Of a stretch of DNA of 64,000 nucleotides, positions 23,768 through 37,080 are shown in pieces. The position numbers and the translations under genes were made by a program. Source of the stretch: Convolutriloba macropyga (taxonomy: Eukaryota); NCBI RefSeq assembly GCF_964194025.1, contig NC_134468.1, positions 65,410,001 to 65,474,000 on the forward strand. The letters are read 5' to 3'. The notes under the pieces are model-generated. The model was given only the letters and a program-made list of their open reading frames with translations. It ran no database searches and was not told where the DNA came from. Positions within the stretch are counted from its first letter, which is position 1, and each line of letters begins with the position of its first letter.

Positions 23768-23770
<3 letters not shown>
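23525..23770 (-). repeat. 5' LTR of BEL-1 (about 246 bp)
   Basis: Starts TGTTGCG on +; direct repeat of the left LTR; abuts a (TA)n run at 23771-23802. Confidence 0.92.
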
Positions 23771-23804
<34 letters not shown>

Positions 23805-23808
<4 letters not shown>

Positions 23809-25715
23809 AAAAAACTATGTTTGGAGCTTCAGCCGAATGGGGACGTGGAAAACAAAGCTTCTAAAATGCCCATGTGAAAATGACTCATTGTGATAGCAGA
23901 ACTGCTTCTTGCAAAAAATATCTAACCCTTGGCACAGAAGGACGTTGTCTTTAGTGGTGATAAGCTTCAGGTCAAAATTGTCAGTCTAAAATTTTGGAAT
24001 AATACAAAAGTTGCCTTTGAAGACAGAGTAATATCTTTTTTCACCTGTGTTTTTTGGACTTAAAAACTAACGCTTGCTGATTTAGTTGAACGTTCCATGG
24101 GAAGTTGAAACAGTTGAAAGTTGAAGCAGAAAACTGCCCATTAGGCAACAAGAAGAAACGGCGATTAGTTGTGATGTTTTGATCGCAAACCTGCTGGATA
24201 GCGACACGCAAGAAGTTTTTATGATACTAGACCCGCGTCACTCGTTAATCATTAAATAAACATGGAGACGCGTGTCAGGCAACAAAAAAATGGTCTATTA
24301 CGTCTCAATCTCCACAAAATCAAAGTCCTGCGGTTTCAAAACCAAACTGGCCATGTACATCTATCTCGCAGCATAAGAACTTCATTTCTATTAGGATAAA
24401 GGGAAAATTGGTTACTTCAGATCAAAATTGGTGTTCCTAGCATCGGAATTTTTTATCAGCAAAATAAAAGAGTCAAATCTGCAGTTTAAAAATACTTTTC
24501 TACAATTATGCACAAAACAAAAAAAACGCGGATAAACAAAAAAACCATCGATAATGTTTCTTCACAAAATACAGCAACCGCCGATAAAAGTTTTTCTAAG
24601 CTATGGAAAAAAAACAAAAAATTCACTGCGCTTAGTTTTGTTCAGGTGACAACTATGAAACCAGTTTCTCAGATAACTCTAAAACGGAAATTGAACCACT
24701 TTTGAATTCCGCAATGGAAACAGGACGCAGTAATAGTGATCAACTTCTCAAGCGTATGATTAAACCTTAGCTAACCACTCACTTGCAACTGCTCTATTGA
24801 CAGAAACAAATTAGGTGGTAAAAGAGACCTCAAGACGCTTTTTGAATGTGAAAAAGAGCTAAGCAACTTTCACAGTTGTTCCAGATGGCCATTGAACATT
24901 TTTGGGACGGGAGCTTATTTCGAATCGGGAACAAAGGTATACACCACACAAAAATTATCTCAAAAATCATATCATAATATGGCTTAACAGACAACGCATT
25001 GCTAAAGCGTTTGCAAACCTGATCATTCGCGAACTGTTGTCATAACTGCCAAACGTGGTCAGTTAGTAAAACTAGCTCCTGATGCAAAATTCATAACCAA
25101 AGCAAGTTGCAAAAATAGTCACCTGTCTTTTATCGAAAAACTCATTGAATGATAAGTGCCACAAAAGACAATAGACTTCACAATTATGGATCTCATATAT
25201 GTATTTGAATAAATTGAACATCAACCTGACACCGCAAAGCACTGTAATTGGAGTGTTATCCGAGGCGATAGAAGTGCAAAGTAGAGATTAAAAACCAGTT
25301 CCTATGAGCTGACTGATATGCCGGCTGAAATTCAAAAAAGTTCATGGGTTCAACAAATATCAGTCTTGAAATGTACTGTTTTGTGATTGACATACAAAAG
25401 TGAACATCTAAAATCAGTTTTCTTGTCTTCGAAAGTTATATGCTGACAAATTCCCCTAAAAATGTATGAAATTCCATTTTGCGAAAACCTGAATTGACTA
25501 TCTTGTGTTTAAATGAACACATGATGTAATTTCGCCACTCAAATCTAAAACTTCTTCACCTCTATTCAGAGCTGCACTCAATGGATTAAAAACTTCTGAT
25601 TTTTTGTCATGGTTTTGTCCATCAGTTAAACGTTAAGCACACTCATAACTAATTTAGCTCCTCATGTCTTTATTAAGAAAGCTTTCAAAAAAATTATAAA
25701 CATACTGGACAGAAA
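23805..25715 (+). mobile_element. Gypsy/Ty3 relic A, pol part (protease-RT), heavily degenerate
   Basis: TVVPDGH..LGRELI (protease end); VVITAKRGQLVKLAPDAK (cf. PIVITVKKDQSIKLALDSK); FTIMDL; PDTAKHCN; RLKTSSYELTDMPAEIQK (cf. RFKTGFYGLTDMPAEFQK); YCFVIDI (cf. FLDD); KFHFAKT.IDYL; ISPLKSKT. Confidence 0.8.
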
Positions 25716-26039
25716 TTTAGGTGCTTATAATTCTGGTTTGGGCACTCCCTTAGAAACAAAATTTTTTATTGGATGGAGACATAGAGTTTTAGGTTTGCAA
25801 TTTCTAACCCAGCAAAGAACTGATACAGTATAGCGAACTGAAACGAATAGGTAAATACCGTAATTTAACCGCTGAATTTGCTCGATTGACGCCAAATTTT
25901 GCGCCATTAATTTATTGTCAAACACCTCCCGCTAGCTATGATGAGATTCGGTGGTTAAATATCCAAATCCATAACCCAAAAACTTTTGGTCCCGAATTTG
26001 GAAAAACAAATAGACCTCAGTGGACCAGTATTCAAAAAA

Positions 26040-28660
26040 AGGGAGAGCCGTTTTTCGCTTGAATCGGCTGATTTTCCCATCGATAGAAGTATTTTAAAAT
26101 CAAATGGACCTCATGTTGTCAAAACTCTTGAAAACACCTGGAATATCAATGTGTACTTAGATAAAACAGATAAAATCAAGCGAAAATTTTTAACAGCCGT
26201 AATTTTTGTAGCAAAAAAACTAGAAACACTACAAAAGTACCAAATGACTGTATCTGAATCGGTTTAGTAGGGAGACTAATTCAAACAATTAAGCGTAGAT
26301 TGTCATGTAATAATTAAAAAAAGCTTTGAATGCATTTCATGTAAAATCAGGAAATTTGACAACATTTTACAACTAACGTTTATGTAAAAAGCAAACAACA
26401 CGTGTCTCACCATTCAAAGCAGACCATGGAAAACAGACAGACTTTTTAACCCACTACACGGTTTCAGCGCTATTCTTAAGCTGTCTCATTTGACTTATGA
26501 GAGTATTTTATTTTTTTAAGATGAAAACACTGTGCTAATTGACGTTTACTTTCTCCAAACCAGTACGGACAGATAAAAACCGGTTATAAGGAAGTCAAAA
26601 AGTCAATGACGCTGGCCTTTTGCGACGCATCACAGAGTGAATTGGAATTCAAACACCGAAATCGGATTAGAACCTAGATATTAGCTTCAAAATTGCGCAA
26701 GCAATTATATACCGAGCATTCCCTCAAAACTCGGCTCCAACAACATAATGAATAGATTTTTGCCCGAATAAACACTCATAATCTTTCACTTCTTTCAAAA
26801 ACTGACAACTAGATCTCTCCTGATTGCGTCATAATTTTACTGCCATCTGCTACATCGCTCTACTGAAATAAATTAATTGAAATAATTCGCTCCCACTGAC
26901 ATCTAATGAAAGCTCTTTTTCTCACAAACGTAAAAATCGATGAAAATCTGTTCTTTTTGGATGAAAAGATAAAATCATTCTCTTAACTTTGTTGCTGGGT
27001 ACCCGGGTCAAGGTGTCAACGCTATTCAACGCAAATATATGCAAGATAAACGGTGAATGCAAGAGTTTTTGTAAGATAAGCGGTGAATGCGGTGAAATTA
27101 CATAAATCAGGCGGTGAATGCGTTGAAAAGAAATTTATCGTCTGGTAGTGGTGAAATTACAGAAATTACAATAGTTTCACCACTGAATTTGGCGGTGAAA
27201 TTACATAAAGTCACCGCTTTGAAAAAAGTGTCAAAATTATGTAAGATAAGAGGTGAATGAGACGAAATAACATAAATCGACCGCTAAACTTAGTAGTGAA
27301 ATTACATAAATTCACCTCTTAGAAAAAGTGTCAAAAATATAAGATTATGAGGCAATTTTAGGGGGGGGGGTAATATGAGTTAAGATAAAGTGGTAATAGG
27401 GAATAAGGGAGGAAATGTTAGATTTAACCCACCTAAAATTGCCTCCGGATCTTACATCTTTTTGACATTTTTTTCTGAGCGGTGAGTTTACTTAATTTCA
27501 CCTCTAGAGTAAGCGGTGAACTTACAATAATTCACCACCTTTCACCGCTAAAATATGCAATTTCACCGCTAAAAATCGATAATCTTACAAAAATTCAACG
27601 TTCATGTTTTACAGAAACTAAAGCAAATTTGATTTAAATTCGAAACTAAAATCCAAGAAGTTGGTGAGAAGTTGCGCAGTGGAAGAAGAATTGACTGCCA
27701 TGCAGGGGGTGCGAGGGTCGAATCGGTGTAAGGACGGAAAATTTTAATAAGTGGTGCAAGGTGGTGATTTTTTTTTAAGTTCATCGCTTACTCTACCGAT
27801 GAAATTACATAATCTCACCGCCTTTTACCGCAAATTATGTATAAAATTTGCAGTGAAAAAAAAATTTTTCCGATTTTTCCTCGACCCGGGTAATCAATTA
27901 CACATCTTATAATTATAAGTTAATCCTCATTTACTACTGAGTGAATATCCTAGGCCAAAAGCGGCTTAAGCAAATAATGCAGCATTTCACTACGGCAAAT
28001 CCGGTTTTGAATTCAGAATTGACGAATTGACTACTCAGATTCTGGCAAAACAGCACCGTATTTTGTTTATGAGAGTGTCAAATCAAATTCAATGATTCAA
28101 TGAGGCATGACCTTGGGCCACGAAGCATAGATAAATGCAAGAAGAGCCGTTTTTTTGCATAAAATGACCAATTTTTGAAACTCTCATCGATCGAAGTATT
28201 TTAAAAGCAAATGTAAGTCCACATTTTTGAAAACACTTCGAATATCATTGTGTACCTAGATAAAATTGATAAGATCAAGCGAAAATTTTTTACAGCAGAA
28301 AACTTTGTAGCTTTTGCAGAAAAATTTTGCAGAAAAACTATAATACTAAAGAAGAACCAAATGACTGTTTCAGAAATGGTTTTGTAGAGAGACAAACTCA
28401 AAAAAAGTAAACGTAGGTTGCCATGTAATAAAGGAAAAAAAGCTTCAAATGCATTTCATTTAAAATCAAGAACTTTAGCAACATTTTATCACTTGCTTAT
28501 ATGTAAAAAGCAAAACAGGTGCTAATAGAAGCTCCCATTCCCAAATCAACTGGGACAAATAAAACCGTATAACGCTGGCCTTTTGCGGCTCATCACAGAA
28601 TGAATTGGAGGCCAAACTGCGAATTCAGATTGGAATCCAGATTTTAGCGTCAAATCGGCA
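26040..28660 (+). repeat. Two diverged direct copies of an unclassified repeat (about 26040-26700 and 28140-28660)
   Basis: Shared blocks GAGCCGTTTTT, CATCGAT.GAAGTATTTTAAAA, ATCAAGCGAAAATTTTT, ACGCTGGCCTTTTGCG. Confidence 0.7.
27002..27890. mobile_element. Non-autonomous TIR DNA transposon (889 bp) with TA flanks and subterminal repeats
   Basis: TA-CCCGGGTCAAGG ... CCTCGACCCGGG-TA. The left half has many GCGGTGAA motifs and the right half has TTCACCGC motifs. No ORF. Confidence 0.8.
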
Positions 28661-31099
28661 TTAATGCATTAACAATACAAGTATAAATTTACAGCATGAA
28701 TTGTCTTATTTTCCTGTTTCTTTTACAGTACGAGATGATTACTTAATATACAATTAGAAAGCAACACATTTCTACCCCTATCATATGAACAGTTGTTAAC
28801 TAAAGCAAAGCAAGTTAAACAACAAAAACAAAACGGGTTTATAGTTCCCTTAAAACCTACAACCTTAAAACCCACCCTGAATGCTAACGCAGTTATTCGA
28901 TAAACAGATGTAAACAAACAAAGTGATTCTTATTTCACAACATATTTTAACACCAGTCTATGCAAAGCTTATAAGTATTATTAATTTTTTGCTACCAGCC
29001 GCAAAAGATTTCGTACCTATTGCACCACATATAAAATTATTTTATCCCGGAGGGAATTGAAATAAATAAGACAGACATTTTTTGATACACAAAAACAAAA
29101 TCAAGTGCAGCGTCAATTTTGCTATGTAAAAGATACAAAAAACTGCCCAAAAACACCTACACTTGTAATACTCGCTAAAAAATTTACTTTCTCTATTTTT
29201 TTGTGCCGTTTTCACGTTTTAAATTAAAATGAATCAAACAGCTTCTTTACAAAGAATCAAATCTCGCACAATTTGCTAGCCTATTTCAAAAGTATTAACA
29301 AAGCACATTCTCACGATCTCTCAGGCCAGCCACGTTGAAAGAAACTTTTCGCAGGCATATCATCTAAACAAAAGTTCCCCGACCTCAAAACATGGGCAGC
29401 CATCCTTATACAAGACTTCTTAGGTTTTCAGACTAACAAATCAATGTCTAATTTTTTAGGGGCTCATAAAACCATTTTTTCGATTTTTGTTAATACGTCA
29501 TCCATCTTATTTAAATTGACACAAAAGGTCCAGTTGTATACACGCATCAAAAGAGAACTCATATATCAATGGTTTTTTAGACGCTTTCTCGCACTATGAA
29601 GTTGTAAAATTGACTCTACTCGAACCTTCAATAAATTATTCGGTCATTGGCCTGCTAAATTTGGCATCCCGAGCTTTAAGTCAGAGATAACGGAAATGAA
29701 AACAATAACGGTGAATTTACGCACTTTTTTGTTCATACAATTTTCAGTTTAAACCGCAAACGCTTTATGTTCCGTTGCAAAATGCCATAGTCAAAAACAG
29801 CAGCAGCAAACATCTGAACAGTATCCACTATCTTGCGCACTGTTTTGGAAACAAAATAATCATGAGATCCGTGGTCTCAGAAAGTAAAATTGTCCTCTCT
29901 GCCTTTAACTCTCAGATTTGAATATGGGACTATCCTTATATCAAAATTGTTTTTCGTCTCAAACCCCATTTTTCAATTATGTTTCACTTTTAATCAACCT
30001 TAGATGTGACTGGGAAAAGTAAACCAACCGATATGTAATATTGCAATTTTCTTCATAAACATACACATACAGACCAACTCTGTCATCATCCCCAATTTAA
30101 AATGTTAAGAAAAAAACTTTCGGATCATAGTTCCTTAATGAAGGAAAGACATAGACCAATGTCTACAAACATCAATCACAGAAGGTGGGACCCTAAATGA
30201 TATTCGAAACTTCGATAAAAGTAAAATATACATAAGAGGATTTTCAGAGTTTAAAATTTGTTCATCACAGAATTTGAAAACATCCCTTGTTTCCGTAAAG
30301 ATTTATTCAATCAAGAAGAAATTGAGAAACACTTCTCTGATAATTCTCCCCTCAAAAAACCACCACAGCAAACTACGGTTGGAAAACCAAAATCTTGGCT
30401 GAACTGTAATTTCCTCCAATTTCACTAACCCAATACAATAATAATTGAGAGCTTTCTTTTTTCCAACCCAAGGAGAGTTGTGGTCCACAAAAAACGAATC
30501 TGTTTAAACCACTCGCAATTCTTTTTCACCTTGGATCTAGTTTCAAGTCTTTCTCTCTCTCTTTCTTTTCTGAATTTCTCTCAACCTCTGTGATCAAATC
30601 TCTTTATTCTATGCCCTCTCATAATTGTCTGTTTTTAAATAACTCTTNNNNNNNNNNNNNNNNNNNNNNNNNNNNNNNNNNNNNNNNNNNNNNNNNNNNN
30701 NNNNNNNNNNNNNNNNNNNNNNNNNNNNNNNNNNNNNNNNNNNNNNNNNNNNNNNNNNNNNNNNNNNNNNNNNNNNNNNNNNNNNNNNNNNNNNNNNNNN
30801 NNNNNNNNNNNNNNNNNNNNNNNNNNNNNNNNNNNNNNNNNNNNNNNNNNNNNNNNNNNNNNNNNNNNNNNNNNNNNNNNNNNNNNNNNNNNNNNNNNNN
30901 NNNNNNNNNNNNNNNNNNNNNNNNNNNNNNNNNNNNNNNNNNNNNNNNNNNNNNNNNNNNNNNNNNNNNNNNNNNNNNNNNNNNNNNNNNNNNNNNNNNN
31001 NNNNTTATCTCACTTCCTCCTTAACTCTCTCCTTACAAAAATTTAACAATCTCTCTTTGAAAACTTTAAATCTCTATCTCTTCTCACTTCTCTCTCGAA

Positions 31100-34000
31100 T
31101 AAAAAAACGTCACAGAACAGGTCTTTCCATATCATCTATTCATCTGTCCACAGTACAGTCCAAAACATATCAGATATGATACCATTTCCAATTGCTTTTC
31201 TTTTCACTAGTCAGGAAAGTTTCCATTTAAAACACAATCTTGCCAATTGTCATCAGATCCACGTGCTCAGAGCAGCAAGTGTTCAACACTTATCAATAAC
31301 AAAGTCTCATTCACCTGAAGCCAGCTTTGCTTCACTGGCCCACAGCGACACACCCCGTTTGAACAAAATTTTTTTAAGTCACAGCACTAAAAAAATACTA
31401 GAAATACTCTATAAAAAAATTCGTATATAGAAACCTTCAAGTATATCACAAATATTAAAAATTGTCAAATTAAATTATCAAAAGACTTTTAAAACAATGA
31501 TGACAGATTATACGCTGAAAAATGTTGCGATTGGGTTTTCTATATCATTTTCTAAATTTTATAATGAAGAACTATAAAGAGTGTAGTGAAGATTATAATG
31601 AAAAATTACACTACTCTATCTACAGAAATTTCCAAATCAAGTCCACAATTCTCAGAACTATTGTACACTTATCTAGTTAAAAATTAGTATTTGACGCCAT
31701 AAGAGCCTCCATCGGCTTTATGTGTTTTAAAGACGCCGTAAAACTGATTGAACAGCTCCAAATCAAGTGAATCTTCATAGCCACAATCTATTTTCTATTT
31801 TGATAGAAAAGATTACACACTCGATGAATTTTTAGTAATATCCTCTTCTGATTTTCAAGGTCTCAATTAACAACATAATGCCATCACAACAAAAACCATT
31901 TTTGCTGCAATTCAAATTTGAGTACCGCATTTTAATCTGTTAATTCTTGTGTTTTCATAGAGCAATCAGCATCGTTTTTACTATTGTAATATTTATCCAA
32001 ATATTGGACCAAGTTTATATTCAAATTTGCGACCCTAATTTGCCTGCCAATACAAACCCCAGTGTGTCCCCAGTCAAAGAATCAGAAGATTTTTCCTACA
32101 GTAACTCTGGGAAACAATTCATCTGCAAAAATTCTCTTTTAAAACACTTTAATAAAAAAAACGCAAGCTCAAGAAACGGATGAACTTCCCTACTTCGACA
32201 GTCCTCCTCCATGATCTGCAGATAGATTTTGTCCCTCTGAAAACTCTCTTCTATTTTATCTCGCAATCAGTAATTCCGCTGTTGGCTTCCCCAGACTTCC
32301 TATCGTAATAGCAACACAAGCAATATCAACAACAACAAATATGTACTCAAAAATTAATACCTTATACATGTTTACAATTTGCAAATTATTAGCAGCATTG
32401 ACCAAAACTCTACTAAGACCGCTCCACAAAGGGCAAAACAATCAAAATTATGAAAAATTCAAACTCAATGTTTTTCGCCGAAAAATTTGCTAGCACAACA
32501 CCTACTCAAAATTCAGATTTGACAAAACCGTTGCACACTGTATCGACAATTAAAGAGACCCAAGATTATTTTAGCTTGACCTCAATTGATCAATAGATAG
32601 TGATGTTTTAAACACCCAATTTTCTTCCCAGAAATTTTCATAAACCGCAAGCAAATCTTGTAGTCTAGCTCAAATACCCAGTTCTCATATAGAAAGACTC
32701 AGTCTCAGTGGAATTACTCTTTTTTTTAACTAACTGCTCCCCCTCCTGCCGCAGCTCACTATCTCTAAGCCTTCACTGAAAACCTGCTATGATTACAACA
32801 AGCTGAAGCACCCCATGGCCAGAACGAAATATGCATATCACCTTTGTTTGCGTAAGGAACCAGACACTGCTATAACCAGTGTCAAAATTACTGTTGAACC
32901 AGATGATTTTTCGCCCTCAAGCGTCCATCCCGACTATCATTTGTGTTAAAACGAACCCCTCACCGTGTTTTTGTCAAGAGTTATAATAAAAATTGGCATA
33001 ATACTATGAGTTCTTCATTCCTCACTCAGGATTATCTTACGCATAACCACTCAAAATACAAGATTGTTTCCTGATTTTCTATTTTTTTTTATTGGCAGCA
33101 CCAGTCCAACAGACTATCGAAATTGATTAACATAAAATTTTAGCTCCAATATTTGGAATACAATATCCCAAAGTGACACATTATGAGTGCTCTGCAGAAC
33201 ATATTACAAACATGGAGAATTATAAGCTTAATAACATCGGCGAATGCAAAAACAAACCCGCCGTTTACCAGATCCTAGCCGCCCAATAGGCTATCTTCTC
33301 ACAAATCAGAACTACACAAATACGTGTTTTTGTCCGTTACAGACCTCTCGGCAAAAAAAAAAGAAAATACTTTAAAACTTATCGCCCTCAAAAGAGGCTT
33401 CGGGCTCAATCACGAAAATTGTTTAAAAAAATTTTCTACTCCGTCAAAATTGAAGCTCATAGACAACATGCTTGACTGGATTCCATAACAAACACCACTA
33501 TGAAATACAACTTATTCAATTTGATTTCTTAAACGACTCACAATGGAAATCTTATATTGAAGCTCGACGAGAAACTTTCCAGTTCGATTGCTGGTAACCA
33601 TTTCCAATTCAACACGGAAATTAAGTTTTTAACCCAACTCACAGCTAGAGTACAACGCAAAGAATAATCTTTGTGCAAATCGACTGTGAAACCCTCTACA
33701 GTCCAATTATCGTGCTATTCATACACTAGGTGTGTCACTACAACTCACAAACATAACACCTACTCTCAAACTAGAGTCAGAATTTATTTATAAACCACTC
33801 CACTAAAGCCAAAATAATTGCTAACCCAGAGATTACTAGCGGACATTCGACGTTGTCAATTGCGGCCCCGAATGGTAAAGCTTCAGAACAGATGTTTCTT
33901 TGAAACTCTCACAAAAAAAGAAACAAACACGGGACATCAGCATAAGGCCTACTTGTACCCAAGTAGATTTAACGACCACTTGAATGATGAATCGGATTTG

Positions 34001-37000
34001 TTCGAATTAGTAAGCCGACTACTTCAGAAAAGTAATGAGAATAAATGCGTCGGCACAACCTCAAAAATTTTTCAGATTGCCTACACTGCAATACTGAATA
34101 GACCACCCTCCGTATCCCCTAAAAACGAAACACACTCTGTTGAAATGGTTATCTTGTACAACACAGACAGGGATCGTAAACAGATTGCATTCATTTCACT
34201 AACGCATAAATTTCTATTAGTAGAGCATTTTATTACAGTAGAAAGTAATTTCGCAACACTCCAAAGCTCTAAAAAAATTATTTTACTGCTTTCCAATTTA
34301 TTATCAAAACAAATTGCCAATAGTTGACCAGATAAATCAAAAAACATTCTCCTGGTCAATTATAGCACCATGTAAAGCTGATAATTTTGACGAACAAATA
34401 ACAGCTGACGCGGAAGACGATGTTTTGCATCGGATTATGCCTTACTCAATTCAGTCACGAAACAACGTAAGGGGGATGATAAACAACGTCGTTCTATACA
34501 TATTGTTTTTATTGCTATAGATCTAACAAAATTGAATCAAATAAAAGATTACGCTGCAGAGAGTTGGCAAAAGCGGCAAGTTTTGCAGAACTTTCCAGAC
34601 AAGTACAATTACAAGTACAATTTTCTCAGTTACAAAAACAATACCGAGACAATTTCAAAAATCTCTTTATAAACAGAAAAGCTTGTACTCTTCGAAGTCT
34701 TGATTGGAGTGATTTAATCAACGGCAAATAACTAAAAGACTCGCCCACATTTTTTTGATACCCATGGTATGCATTAATATAAACAGCCAATGCACGGACA
34801 ATGATAAATTTTGTATAGTGTTTTTTGGGCTTATTTAGAATTGTTTTAGCAGGTTAAAATGAAGTCTTATTATAATCAAATCTGATTTAAACACAGATAA
34901 TTACCTCCGATTTTGATTTGACATATTCTCTCAAACTGTTTTCCACGTTTTAGAAGCAGGCTCTTACAAATTTAAACCAATCTTCCAACGACGATTTATG
35001 ATTGCTACAAACCTCCCTTAAAAAATTTCAAACCAGATTTTCAATCTCTTCCTTTAGAAATTTTTCTACCATATAAACAAAAGCCATCACAAGCTACTTC
35101 ATTATCACAAGATTTTTTCAGTGATAACCCAGATTATTGAGAAATTGCTGAAAATTTCAAGATCCGTCTTCCAAGTATTCCAAATTATGTCCTTTATCAG
35201 ATGTCAACCACACTGCCAGTTCACACCCAGAGAACTCAAAATTCCCACCAACGTCAAAAATACACTGTTTCAACTCCTGATGATCGAATTTTGAAGCTTT
35301 CTATCCTTGCATCTATAGTCTATGCCGTTCGATCCTCAATGTTGGTGCCCATTGAATGCGAAATGCAAACACCGGTACCACTCACAATAGCGCAACTCTT
35401 CCCACATCTTTGCTCTGTTTCGTCGGCCACCTATTCTTGGCTGATTCCTCTGCCCTCACCCAACACGTCATCCTCATTCTCCTCGAAGGCAACGAACAAG
35501 CTCCCTCTTCTGATCTGTAGTGGCCCGAATTCACCGCAGACAACTCAAAAGCCGCAGTGGTTAGACTCGTTGCAGCTTGCCATTCAAAGAAATTGAACAC
35601 CTTTGACTCATTGACAGAGAAACCAATCATGGGCAGACCAATAGGAGTGATTGACCACTGAGATGGTCCTTCCTAACTTTGGAATCTCCGGCCGAATCAG
35701 GATGCCACCTCTGTAATCTGTCCAACAGCCGACTTACCCTTATTCGACAACTCCAATACTGAACCTTCCTCCAGTAGGCCTGCGCTCTAACACTCAACAG
35801 CTCTACCGATCCACCTCCGAGGCCAGAGAACGCATGTACGCCGTTTCAAACGAATGGCCATCATCCACATAAAATTTTTGTTTACAGATCAGTCGACAAC
35901 ATACACTTCCACGGGAATATCCTTCAGCCCAAATCAAGCCTGGACCTTCAACAAATGTGATGCCTCAGACGTCTACTCTATCTTATTATTAGGGCTAATG
36001 ACAGCGCTCGCCACATCGGCCGATATTCAGCCCACACAGAGGTGCATATTCCTTTTCTTCCTCTTCCAGACCAGGCAAGGGACATACCCAAGAGCGATGG
36101 CGCCAAACTTTATGTATAATCAGTTCACTAAGCACAACCAGATGCTTACCCAGCATTCAGTACAAGTTCCGGAGATAACTTACATTGCTACCCTACCAGA
36201 GCACACACCCTGAAGCCCACCACTGTCAGCGGCACAATTCGATAGCTGGAAAATGAGTACGTAGAAGTACGTGATCTTGATCGTTACCTTGAATGAGTAC
36301 AATTTACACAATACCCGTTTCACGTTACGCTTCTTGCTCTCCTCAATGTACTTCTTTGCGTTGACAGAGTGGCGTGCCAGCGACTATCTAAACACGATGT
36401 TTGCGAGGGACACTGCTCCCTATTAAGTTCTCGAGAAAAACGACCCCTTCAATTCCCAACTTACTTTTTAAATTTTACCCTGATCGATGAAAATATTCAG
36501 TTGGATTGTGTGAAAACGTTGACAATAAGTACACCAAGCACAAATACTATTTTGTCTAGCGCCATTTCGATTGGTCAAGTCTTCTGGACATGAGTTTATG
36601 TCTTCAGTACGTGAGTACAACGATCACCTCTCCTTATTACTTCAACTATTGGTATGCCATCGAACGCGGTTCTGCGAAGATACTCTCACAAAATTTGAGC
36701 CTATCAGAAACACACTAAAAGTTTTGCCCCAATGGCGGCCACCCACCGCCCTCTGTTTATCCCATCTGAGTATTTGAGCAGCAACAAATGTGCGGCAACG
36801 ACGTTTATGTACGCCCAAAAATATAAATTTCTCTAAGGAGATTGTATTACAGACAAACTTGTAGACCACACCTTCCAGCCGACGAAAATAAGATCCTCAA
36901 TCATCTTGCAATGCAACCAGATTGTAATATCGATCTCTTTCTTATCGCCCTTGCAACGCGTCATGATCGAGATACGGAGTTTCTGGACTTTTTCAAAGAT

Positions 37001-37080
37001 CCTCAGAATTGCGATCCAGACTTTGATTTCAAGCATAGATGGTGAACACTGTCCCTCCAGGCAACACATTTTTTATCACT
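31100..37080 (+). mobile_element. Gypsy/Ty3 relic B: integrase remnants, env-like gene and further 3' coding-like relics
   Basis: LLHDLQIDFV at about 32205-32235 (integrase core start), a decayed zinc-finger-like region before it, C-terminal HLCLRK..EPDDFSP at about 32840-32920, then an env-like segment. Boundaries are poorly resolved and may extend to about 28700 upstream. Confidence 0.5.
33062..34330 (+). pseudogene. Decayed env-like glycoprotein of Gypsy relic B
   Basis: Hydrophobic signal-like CFLIFYFFLLAAPVQQT in frame (one stop) with KVTHYECSAEHITNMENYKLNNIGECKNKPAVYQIL...FSQIRTTQIRVF. Later pieces read STKAKIIANPE and PRMVKLQNRCFFET. Confidence 0.45.

Larger units (their letters stand above)
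16628..23770 (-). mobile_element. BEL/Pao LTR retrotransposon BEL-1, near full length, frameshifted
   Basis: Paired LTRs (16628-16856, 23525-23770), PBS and PPT. Domain order gag, zinc knuckles, protease, RT (YVDD), Pao-type RNase H, integrase. Confidence 0.96.
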
